NCBI RefSeq assembly: GCF_009914755.1
Contig: NC_060928.1
DNA from: the human T2T-CHM13v2.0 reference genome, Homo sapiens
Direction: 5' to 3' (one strand)
DNA length: 64,000 nucleotides
Below, in pieces: positions 52,852-64,000 of the stretch (positions are counted from its first letter, which is position 1; each line of letters starts with the position of its first letter). Made by a program: the position numbers and the translations under genes. Below the pieces are notes generated by a model. That model was not told the DNA's origin and searched no databases. It was given only the letters and a program-made list of their open reading frames with translations.

Positions 52852-53636
52852 CAATTAAAGGATATAAAAAATGAAGACCCCTGAGACATAATCAGTGTCT
52901 TGCAACCTCTTTCTCTATGGCCACACCACATCCAGCAAGAGCGTCTGCCCCTATTTGAATGCCTCCTTCCACCTGGGTCAGCCAGTTCCCTTAGCAGCCG
53001 TAGCAGCAACTTTAACCTGCAAGCAGCCTGATTGGCCCAGCTGGTCATGCCCACCCTGTCACTCATCACTGCCCTCTCTACTGATTGGCTTCTCTTGGGT
53101 CAGATCCCCACCCACCGTGGGCTTATTCCTTGAACACAGGGCTGTGGCTTCCTAGGACTTGGCACATAGTAGCTGTTCAATTCACATTTGTTGAAATGAA
53201 GAAAATTGGGTCAGCATTCCTTAGGACTTTGGCAAACGGGCTGAAACCCAAGTCTAGAAAATTGCCCAGAAAAGGCCCTGCCCAGGTCAGCCTGGGACAG
53301 CAGCCACCTCTGTGGGAGGAAGTGAGGGTTGCAAAAAGTTCTAGTACTTTGTCTTTCTGACCCCATTTCAGGTGCCTTCTAGTGCCTGAAAGAATTCCCA
53401 AGCATCCAGTGTTCCTTTTCTCATGAGCTTAAAGGCACCATTGGAAGGCATGCCCACTTTCGAGAGAGGGAAGATGTCACTGATGGTTTGCTCCAGAAAA
53501 GACCTTAAGGATCATGTATTCCAACCCCCCTACACTCCTGCTAGAAAAAAACCCTGGAGCTAAAACAGGAACTCAACTTACCGAAGTCATACCACCTCGT
53601 AATAATAAAGTAGGCCTCCCACCCAGGTTTATCCTC

Positions 53637-53996
53637 AGATATGGTTTGGCTGTGTCCCCACCCAAATCTCATCTTTAATTGTAGCTCCCATAATTCCCTC
53701 AAGTTGTGGGAGGGGCCCAGTGGGAGATAACTGAATCATGGGGGCAGTTTCCCCCATACTGTTCTCATGGTAGTGAATAAGTCTCACAAGATCTGATGGT
53801 TTTATGAGTGGAAACCCCTCTCACTTGGCTCTCATTCTTTCATCTGCTGCCACGTAAGATGTGCTTTTCACTTTCTGCCATGATTGTGAGGCTTCCCCAG
53901 CCACATGGAACTGTGAGTCCATTAAACCTCTTTTTCTTTATAAATTACCCAGTCTCTAGCATGTCTTCATCAGCAGCGTGAAAACAGACTAATACA
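53637..53996 (+). mobile_element. THE1 (B/C-like) solo LTR
   Basis: gatatggtttggctgtgtccccacccaaatctcatc...gaataagtctcacaagatctgatgg...gtgagtccattaaacctc...cagcagcgtgaaaacagactaataca. Confidence 0.92.
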
Positions 53997-56494
53997 TATG
54001 AGCACTTTACACCCATGAAGCTCAAATGTGGTTCAGTTTTATTCCCAGCTTCAGCACAGCACAGAGAGCTTAGGTCTGGGGTCAGGAAGACCAGAGTCCT
54101 GCCTCTAATGTGCTACGTCTTATATGCAGCCTTTACCCCTTGTCTCAATTTCCTCATCTGTAAAACAGGATGAATAAGACCTGCTCCCAGAGGCTAGAAC
54201 CTTTGAAGACTGAGATGATGCATGTGACTGTGTCTTGCAGACACTAACATAAGGTTTTATATGAGGACAGCATCTTCGTCTTCATTCACAGTCCACATGT
54301 TGGATCCTAATATAGAATCTGTTGCATAGCAGGTGTTCCATAAATGCTGGTTTGCTAAATCATTATTAGTAGTAGTAACAAATAATTGTCATGGATAAGA
54401 GGAAAGGAGTCCAAGAGCATGGGAATCCCAGTGGCCTCTGAGTTGGAGCAGGGAGGAAATGTGGATGAAACAGAGAGTTGGGAACCCCAGAGGCCCAGTT
54501 TCTTGACCCTACAGTTGGGTCTGTGCCCAGTACTGGCTGTGCTTTGGAAACTGAAAGAGTACATTTAAGAAAAAGTTGCTTCCATGATGGGCTGAAGGCA
54601 CAGATACTCAGTAGACATTTAGGTCTAGAAAGGAACTTAGACACTCTCTAGTGAGACCCCTCCACCTCACAGGGAAGAAACCTGAGGTCTGGTGAATGCA
54701 AGGAACTTACCCAAGGTCGCACCATGACAGAAATAGGGACAAAGGTTTTTCTGAGTGACGAGTCTCTCTACTACTCTCACTCTAAGAAACCAGGCTGCCT
54801 CCACAGTAGATAAACACATGCAGAGGAGGTCTTGCTCCTGCATCCCTTCCTAACGCAGAGCCTAAACCACAGCGGGGCTCAGCTGGGGGGAGGTTGCATC
54901 TAAGATTGAGCAGTTTTGCAGGCACAGTTCCAAGAGCATCATAATTCTGCAGCCCTCAACAGACTGTGTGTGAGATTTCCAAAGTGAAATAAATGCTCCC
55001 ATTACCCAGTTGAACTGAGAATATCGATGTCATTAGCCTAATTGTGTGCGCTGTGTTTATAGACTCCCATGCTAGGCTCTGGGGGATGTCAAAATAAAGC
55101 AAGCACATTGCAAAACACAAAGGGGGTTGCAGCGGGTGATGTGAATCTCTTGTTGTGATTCCCGGCGTGACTGCATTTCTCAACATGCACGCCCTGAGAG
55201 GGAGAGAAAGAGCAGCCGTTCTGTCTGACATGTCAGAGTCTCAGAAATTGCTCTGTTGATGGACAGGAGGAAGAGGTGAAGGGAGAAAAGATCTGAGACA
55301 AGCATATAAAACTGAAGAATATAATTTCCTCTCTGGGACTTATTTTCTTTAGTGGGGAATGGGCAGGATGGTCGGGGAAGCCTCTTGCATCTCCCTGAAG
55401 CAGGTCCATCGGGGCCTGAGCTATCACAGGAAGAATGAGTTGGGCTAAAACCGTCAGCTCTAGTGCGGCCTGCATTCCTGCACCAGTATCTCAAAACCCG
55501 CCGGACTTCCAAGGGGTGGTTTGGGCTGCGGTGTAGGAGTGGAATGTGGATCACTGAAGTACACCAGAAAAGGGAACCCAGCCTGAGGCTGCCTCTGGGG
55601 CCCTCAGGAGGTGACCTGGTCCCCTGTGTCAGGCAAGTCCCTCCCACCACATTTCCGAAATCCACCTGTGGCCTCACCTTGCTGAAACTGCAGAACAAAT
55701 CACAGGACTATCAGGGGACCAGGATATCTCTCGTCTACCACTTCAAGGTATTGTAGAAACAACTTATAGACTAGTCACTAACTTATCACCATTTCATCTT
55801 CTATCTTTTGTGTTCATGAACTAACTGTACCATTTTCATTGTTTTATGCGAATGGTTTCAATGCTCACAGCCTGTTCCATCCTTGAGTTAGTAATTCTGA
55901 TTCACCTCTCAGCTGGCTAGGGTACATCTCCAAGGACTGTTTGGGAGGACGCATGTGGGGGAGCAGCCTTGCCCCTAGGATTTTCCTTTTATTGACTCCA
56001 TCCCTGTTGAAGGACAGCTTGACTGAAGGTGAGATTTCTGAGTCATCTCTCTTCCTTGCAGACATCTGAAGGGGTTGCTCTATTTGCTTAATACTTAGCC
56101 TTATAGAGGGAGCCATGCCAATTTGGCAGTTCATTTATCTCGCCTGGTTTTCTTCCTCCTTCTAGTTAAATATTTTCACTGGGATGGGTCTGATGTTTGC
56201 CTCCTTTTCATGTTGACCTTGTCTTGGACATGCTGAGCTGCCTCACTCTAAAGGCATTGCTCTCTCTTTGGCAGCCACTCTGTTCCAATTGTTCTGGCTT
56301 CTCTGTTGGGAACGCCTATGATTTGGGGCTTGATATCTGTGCTCTCATCTTTAGGGCCATTTTTTCCCTCCCATTAATTTGACTGATTTGCTTCCTTCTG
56401 CCACCTTCTGGGAGAGCTTTGCAAGTCTGTCTGTCTGGTCCCTGATTCTGTTTCTACGTTTTCATTCTGCCTTTCACTGCCCCCAATGACGATG

Positions 56495-56935
56495 TTTTTT
56501 CTTCAACATTTATTTTAAGTTCCAAGGTACATGTGCAGGATGTACAGGTTTGTTACATAGGTAAATGTGTGCCATAGTGGTTTGCTGCACAGATGAACCC
56601 ATCACCCAGGTATTAAGCCCAGCATCCATAAGCTATTTTTCCTGATGCTCTCCTTGCCCCATTCTCCCAACAGGCCTCTATATGTGTTATTTCCCCCACA
56701 CTGTGTCCATGTGTTCTCATCACTCAGCTCCTCCTTGTAAGTGAGAACATGTGGTGTTTGGTTTTTCTGTTCCTGTGTTAGTTTGCTGAGGATAATGGCT
56801 TCCAGCTCCATCCGTGTCCCGGCAAAGGACATGAACTCATTCCTTTTTTATGGCAGCATAGTATTCCATGGTGTATATGTACCACATTTTCTTTACCCAG
56901 TCTATCATGGATGGGCATTTGGTTTGATTCCATGC
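56495..56935 (-). mobile_element. L1PA (older, about PA13-16-like) 3' end, 5'-truncated
   Basis: ttattttaagttc..ggtacatgtgcaggatgt..aggtttgttacataggtaaa 3' UTR; minus-strand ORF MSFAGTRMELEAIILSKLTQEQK resembles the L1 ORF2p C-terminus. Confidence 0.92.
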
Positions 56936-59406
56936 CATGGACAATTTTAGTGCCACTTTTACTCAGATATGTTTCTTTCAGTCTTTTGTCCTTGAAACCT
57001 GTATCTTCTTATATACTCCTCGGAGATCAGCCAGAGTTTGCATTTTCTCGAGGTGTTGAAGACAAGTCCTTTTCAGAGACAGCATCTTTCACTGAGTCTT
57101 TGGGTTAGCATTCTTTTCTGCTTGGATGTTCTGTGTTGGACTGTAGAGCTCAGAGTACATGCAGGAGAGTGACAGAGAAGCAGACGTCAGCTAAAAATTA
57201 AGAATGACCTCTTAGCTACAGATGATCGGAGATGGGCGGGGCTGCCCTGGGAGGTAGGGAGCTCCCTGTCATGAGAGGTGCGCAAGCAGAAGCTGGACAA
57301 CCACCAGGAAGAACATAATTGCAGTGAGTCCTGCCTTGGATGCCCTTCAGTTGTCTGATGTGGAGTTTCTAGATCTTGGTGCCAGCCTGGATTAGAAGAG
57401 GAAGAGAGTTGAGGGGTTTTAGGTAATATTTGGCCACTCAGATCTTGCGCTAAGCCACAGCCTGGCTGCCACTCTGCTCTGCAGCTCTGTGATGTTGGCT
57501 GAACCTGGGTCCCATCTTCTGACAATCGGGGACCGTAGTGCCTACGTGGCCATGTTGGCGTTTTCATTGACCCTCACACACCTGCCACCCCTGTCCTGGG
57601 AATACAGTGAGACAGGCCAGAGAAGAGCCAGGCTCCTAGGAGTTTGCATTCTGCCAGGAGACTGTCATCAGGGTTGGAGATGAGACTGACGAATGTGCTT
57701 GGTTCTGGGCAGCGCCTTGATTAGGCCCAAGGCAGGCCCAGGGTCTGGTAGCAGAAAGGCCCATGGGGTTTCCATAGAGACCAGGCCACCTGGAGTCGCC
57801 TCTCTAGTCCCCAACTCTGGCACCCACAGCAGCGTCTTCGCCTCCCAGGGGAGGTAGGGGGCACAGCTGCAGGCTGGGCCCAGGCGTGTCTGCCCACCTC
57901 CCGTCACTTTAAATATATAAACTGGCCCGTCAGGGACTGTTTGCCCCCTCTTTCCAGCTGCAGGGCCTGTCAGTATGACAGTCACCTCCACAGTCCTGGC
58001 CATGCCTCTGGAGCACCCCGTTAGGCCGGCCCATCCAGGGAATTTGTTTTTAGAGTCCATTTGTCATCTCTGTAGCAACAACAAAAAGATGGATTGCTTT
58101 CCTGTGACAACGGAATGCATTTTTTCAGGCCTTTAAAACCAATTTCTCTAACTGTAAAAGTGGTCCCAAAGGATTAATCAGAACACCCAGGGGCAGAGTT
58201 TTTTGTCTGTTTGACAGCCTACAGTGTCCTTGGTCCTCCAGTCGCTGGGTCCCTGGAGAGAGGAGATCAGCGGTCATTAAAGTGAGAAACGCCGCCCATC
58301 TGGGTCCCTCTGAATAAGCAAATGGCTTGTTAACCAGAACATCTTCTGCGTTCGGCAAATCCTTTCTGTTCTCTGGGCCGCCAAACCGCATTGAGAGCCC
58401 ATTTCTCAAGTGTCACTTTGGAGCCGGCTTCGGGCTGTGAAATGTCTCCCACAAAGCTGCCCTTGGTTTTCTTGAGGCTGATGGAACTTTCATGCGGTTG
58501 TTGGTTTTGTTTCGGATGAGGAGGAATGGCTGTATTTTCACCTGGCCTCTGGTAGGTGTCCTCTTGTAATTGGAAATCCCTACATTTCTCCTTGGGGGCT
58601 GGGTTTCTGCCAAGGCCACGTTGGAGGAGGATCTGGGGAACTGGCCTTTGGAGCATTGAAGGTCAGGGAAGCCACAGCAGGAGACCCAGTTTTGAATCTG
58701 CTGAATGGCACTTGGAGGATCAAGTTCCCTCTGAGGTTGAAGAGCCCCCCTCTGACCTTGGTTCAGGGGAATCACGTGGGCTGGCCTTACCAGCAGATGT
58801 GGCAACTGGGATCTAAGAATCCTTGTAAAGGCGTTTTGTATCCTTCCTGGAAAACTGGAGTTGGACATACCTTCAAGGAAAAACTAGCTGGGCTTCCTGT
58901 CCTGGAAGAGGAAGGGCGCTGGGAGAGAACACTGACATTCATTCATTCATTCATGCATTCACAATACAGTGCAGTGAATGCTCACATCATGGTATGAGCA
59001 AGACTTTTTTTGGTATATTTTGCTTTTTTGCTTTTGTTTGGTTTGGTTATTTTTCTAAGCACAGAGCAGGTGGCTCCTATCGGAACCGCTTCACAGAGGA
59101 CGTGGACATCAAGTTGGTTTTATAGGGATTTGGGGCAATTCAGAGAAAAATGGATATGGGCTGCGGGCCCAGGGAACAGCATGTGCAGAGACACAGCAGA
59201 CTGAGAGAGCCCAGCCTACTGGGGACACAGTGAGCTGCCGGGTGACCCTGGTGCACAGGAGGTGTGGGACGAAGGGGTTCAGCAGGCTCGGAGTTGGTTC
59301 TGAGTGCTCTCAAATGCAGTGCCAAGAGTTTGGCGTTTCCTGGTAGAAGCCTGCAAAGTCTATCTGGGAGGCCAGTTAGGAGATCCTTGTGGCAACCCAG
59401 AGGTGA

Positions 59407-59878
<472 letters not shown>

Positions 59879-59894
59879 AGCTGAGTCCCGTTCT

Positions 59895-60065
59895 AAGTGC
59901 CCTGTGTGTAGTAATACCATGAGGACATGGATGGTAGGAACTATTTTTATCCCCATTCTACAGAGAGGAACCTGAGGCTCAGAGAGTTTAAGTAATGTGT
60001 CTGAGGTCACACAGCAGGGGAAATGGCAGAGCCAAATTTGAACCCAGACACCTGGATCTGTCATA
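59895..60065 (-). mobile_element. MIR SINE fragment
   Basis: ccccattctacagagaggaacctgaggctcagagagtttaagtaa...gaggtcacacagc...tttgaacccag. Confidence 0.75.
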
Positions 60066-60944
60066 TCTAGAGCAGCGCAAATATGGAGACTCACCAGGTC
60101 TGTGTGTGAACCAAGGGCTTTCCGTGTGACTGCCTGGGGCACGGAATGGCGGGGCTATTGGAGCAGCAAGGAGACATGAGAGAGAAAGGGCTGGAGGATG
60201 CATTTATAAAAGACAGCCGAGAAGGGGAATGGCTATTTATTGCTGTTGCAAAGGTCTGTCTCTTAAAACCCGAGTCGAATAAGAGAAGGAAGCTAGTGCA
60301 TTCTGGCCGCACAGACACCCTGCCAGGGTACTGCCTTGTTTATGAAGAAGAAACAGTAAACTGAAAACATGACCTCCAGTGATTTGTCCCAACATTAAAT
60401 AATGACTAGTTTGAATTTAAATATGTGGCGGAAAATTATGCTCCGATCCCTTCCTCTGGAAAGGGTTCAGGGTGTTTGATTACCAAATGACTCATGCATA
60501 TTCATAGCTGTGCTTTCAGCTTGCCAATCGGGTCCCCTTTGTTATTTGCTAACTTTAAGAAGGAAAGGGCTTGTGAAGACTGTGAAGGTGGCCTGGCTTC
60601 TCAGGTCCTCTCCCAGGGAGAGAAATGCCTCCAGGGCAAGAATGAGCTCTGGCTGGAGAGTCTAGAGAGTGGACTTCTCCCCTCGGGAGCCGGGCTGGGA
60701 CGTTGGGTGTCAGGCAGCATTCTCATGTGCTTTGTCAAATTTGAGCCTCAAAGGTTCTGTGGGTGAGGATGGAGGTAGACGTCTCCATTTTTGAGATGTG
60801 GAAACTGAGGCCCAGAGACAAAGGGGCAAGGTCACAACGGCTAATAGGGAATGGGGCTGGGCCCACCCATGGTCCCATCCCTGCCCTGGGAGACTTCATT
60901 CCTAAGATTCATGAAGTTCAGGTGTGAGCCACTGCGCCGGCTAC

Positions 60945-61080
60945 TGCTGACACCTTGATTTTAGCCCAGTAAGACTGATGTGAGACTTCTGGCCTCCAGA
61001 ATTGTAAGAGGACAAATGTGTCTTGTGTTAGACCACTGAGGTTGTGGTTATTTGTTACAGAAACCATAGATAGCTACACA
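60945..61080 (+). mobile_element. MLT1 LTR 3' fragment
   Basis: ctgctgacaccttgattttagcccagtaagactga...cttctggcctccagaattgtaagag...ttatttgttacag. Confidence 0.7.
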
Positions 61081-62619
61081 TCACCATATCTATATAGGGG
61101 TGAGCTTTCTTGTCCTTAAAATGTAGAAAATATCTTTGTAGGCTTGCTGGCAGCTTCCAGTCAGGAAAGGGATTTGCAGGTATGGTGGCCACATGGCTGC
61201 ATGGCTGTCATCTCCCCACAGCACACTTGGCGGGTCTCAATGGAGGAAACTGACGCTCATAGCGCCCAGCAGATGGGATGAAGTGGGCACCGGGCCAGCG
61301 CGTGCATCCTTAGCTCACTCTTCCTGCTTCTTTCTGTGTCCTTCTTCCACTTCCTCTTCCTCCTCCCACCTTCTCCTTCTTCTCTTGTGCTCAGCCTCCT
61401 CGCGCTCTCCCCTCCACCTGCTGCTGCCTCCTCTCTCCTTCCTAACAAGGTGTCTCACCTCTCCCATCAGTTATGGTCCCGTTTTACAGCCAGAACCTAC
61501 AAGCTGTCCTGCCAGAGTCCCAGGGCTGGGAGGGGCTGGATTAGGGCCAGAGCCAGTGTTGCCTCCCTCCAAGCCTGGTGCTACCCCCTGCGAGCTCCAT
61601 CAGGCCATCCAGGGTGGACCAAGGGGGCACTGGGAAGGGTTTTGGGGAGACAGGTGGTGCTGGCAGGCTGGTGGGGCCTGATCCACCGAATGGGAAGTGT
61701 GGACTTTTGGCTGTGGCAGAGCCAACGCTCATGCTCTCCCGGGTGGTCACGGGGTCAGCCACTCAGCACACTCAACCCTGGGCAATCTCTCTGGCTCTTG
61801 GCAGTAGCTCTTTTGAATTCCGGCTCACGAGGATTAACGATGACGAGGGGGGTGTTAGCTCTGAAGAAAACCCCAATCCTTCCCCATCGCCCCCGTAGAG
61901 CCCGGGAGAGCTTTCTAAAGCGCCCCACGGCAGTGATGAATCCCGGCAGAGGCCTCTGACCCCGGCGGGCCTGTCGTCAGGGGTGCCCGCCGCACGGATG
62001 GATGGGTTTCCTTGAGTCCCGCTGCCTGCGCTCTGCGGTGTTTGTGCTTATCTGGGATTACGCTTTTCTGTGCTTGTGTGTCAGCCTCCATGGGATATTG
62101 GGGACCTCCTCAAAGGATTATATGGGGCCATTTCAGCCGACCAACAGAAAATCCCAGCAGGTTGCAGATGAGAAAAAAAAAATCCCCCTTTAAATTGGCA
62201 GAGCAGCTAGGAAAGCGCCGAGGCTTTCATTTGGGGGCTTTTAAGCACCACATGAGCCCTGAGCTTCTCCCCTTTATACTTGAAAAAGATACGCTTCGAG
62301 TTTGGCTCTCTCGACAAAGCCCCTTTCATTTTATTCAAGTCTCTGTTGTTTATGGCGGCCTTGCCTGGTCATTATTTTTGTGGGCTCCCCCAACTACCCA
62401 CTTTCATCCACAGCTGCTGCTCTAATTATTATTATTTTTTTTAACAAATCCAGGCTGGATCTGGGCACGCTGGTATTTTGGAACCAAATAGGCCGGTTCT
62501 ACAGTTGACTTACTCGCCCTGGTGACTGCAGTAATGAGCTTAGGCTCTGAGCGTTGGTGTCCTCATTCAAGAAACGGGAGAAAGTCTCAGTGGACAGCAT
62601 GACCAGTGCTCACCAGCAC

Positions 62620-62955
62620 CCAGCTCCCTTCTTTCTGGCTATCTGAACAACCGTCTTCCCCAGCCCCCTTACAGCAAGGCATGGCCATGTGACTAGCTCT
62701 GGCCAGTGCCACGGGGGAGTCAGTGGTGACAGTCACTTCAGGCTAGGACCATGAAAAGTCCACATGCAAATCTGCGGTCTCTCCCCGTCTCAACAACTGA
62801 GATGGAGCTTCTGTTACATGGGGTCCCCGAATGACTGTGTGGAGCAGGGCTGTGCCAACCCACTATGGACAAATAGCATGAGTGAGACAGAAGCCATTGT
62901 GGTGATGGGTTGCTGGGACTTCAGGGTGGATTGGCAGCAAAACCTAGCCTATGCA
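62620..62955 (+). mobile_element. Old MLT1 (I/J-like) LTR
   Basis: ggcatggccatgtgactagctctggcca...tgtgtggagcag...tagcatgagtgagac...gcaaaacctagccta. Confidence 0.6.
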
Positions 62956-63119
62956 TTCTCAAATGTAATCCCTACCTCACAACATTGAGATTTGTTGAAT
63001 GATTGAATGAATGAATGAATGAATGACATAAACCACCAACCAGAATGCCTGGCTCATAGTAGTTGTAAAGCAAATGCTAATAATTTCTCCACTTGAAGGT
63101 GCATGCTATGGAGGTGCTG

Positions 63120-63560
63120 CTTGGGTTAATCTACTGCTGTGTGTGTGACAACGTATCCCAAACCCTACTGGCTTGAAACACCAATTTATTGTTAAAACCT
63201 ATATAATTTATGGGTTGATAGGGCTCAGCCAGAAGGCTTTTGCTTGGGGTCTCACATATGGCGGCAGTCAGGAGGTTGAGGTTGCAGTGAGCCATGATCG
63301 CACCCCTGCACTCCAGCCTGGACAACAGAGCAAGGCCCTGTTTCAAAAAACAAACAAACAAAACCAACAGGGTCAGGTAGAAGTGCAAGGCTTCTTATGG
63401 CCAGTGGAGCCTCGGGAGTCCCAGGGCATCACTTTCTGCTGCAATCTTTTGGCCAAAGAAGTAGCTAAGATCAGCCTAGAATCTGGAATGGAAATAGACT
63501 CTGCTGTTTAACAGGGGAGCAGCCAGGTCACCTGCAGCAGAGCAGGTGAGGCGGGAGGTA
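63120..63560 (-). mobile_element. Old MLT1 (F/H-like) LTR interrupted by an Alu fragment
   Basis: atctactgctgtg...cccaaaccctactggcttgaaacaccaatttatt...catcactttctgctgcaatcttttggccaaag...gaaatagactc. Confidence 0.6.
63270..63368 (+). mobile_element. 5'-truncated Alu 3' portion with (AAAC)n tail
   Basis: ggaggttgaggttgcagtgagccatgatcgcacccctgcactccagcctggacaacagagcaag...aaaaaacaaacaaac. Confidence 0.9.
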
Positions 63561-64000
63561 CTGTTGCAGTCTTCATTGGAAAGCAGGCTGTGACAGGTGC
63601 CTGCAGTCAAAGGGCAGGACCGCCTCCTGGCAGAGGGACTGTCCATCTAGAAAGGGCCATGAGAGACCCGGATGTCCTGCTCCCCTTCCAAGGCCCTTCC
63701 TCCCCTGTCCCCACACTCTCACGTTCCAGGCAGTGGCTCTTCCGTCTTCGTGCCTGGCCGAGCCTCAGTGGCTGCTGTGTTCCAGGTGGTGCTGCTGCTG
63801 CTCAGAGCCCAGCCGAAACCTGGCCAACCTGGGGGCGGGGGTGGGGGCGGCCCCAGGCGGGTAATGGGAAGCCGGAGCAGATGTTGGCAGTTACAGGCAG
63901 GGGTGCCGCTTGCCAGCCAGCACAGGACCACTGCAGCTGAGCGGCTGTAACTTACTTTACAGAAATTGCCCAATTTCGAATGAATAATATTGTCATTATG

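Noticed and set aside
53892-53904. PRDM9 hotspot motif in THE1
   Set aside because: Sequence is cttccccagccac, not the active CCTCCCTNNCCAC form.

Overview
Eukaryotic (primate, most likely human) genomic DNA: Alu, L1PA, THE1/MST/MLT1 LTR, MIR/L2 and hAT DNA-transposon fossils are all present. The only credible coding sequence is one 100-nt internal exon at 1753-1852 (+), translating to (R)SSDFGTSYTKLTLQPGVTTVIDNFYICPTNKRK. I recognise this as the Asp-box/BNR part of the VPS10P domain of SORCS2 (from memory exon 3, chr4p16). The remaining ~62 kb looks like the next, very large intron. The long ORFs in the track come from simple repeats or GC-rich chance. Best second-look items: (1) a 28S-rRNA 3'-end retrocopy with A-tail and target-site duplication (SINE28-like); (2) a near-perfect RE1/REST silencer; (3) a 47-bp VNTR built from the junction of an MST LTR and its flank; (4) a decayed hAT-Charlie transposase; (5) three (CCAT)n arrays that seem to grow out of L2 3' tails; (6) several repeat-free, homeodomain-motif-dense candidate enhancers. 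I found no convincing new biological system. Repeat subfamily names were assigned by eye from remembered consensus sequences and their boundaries are approximate.
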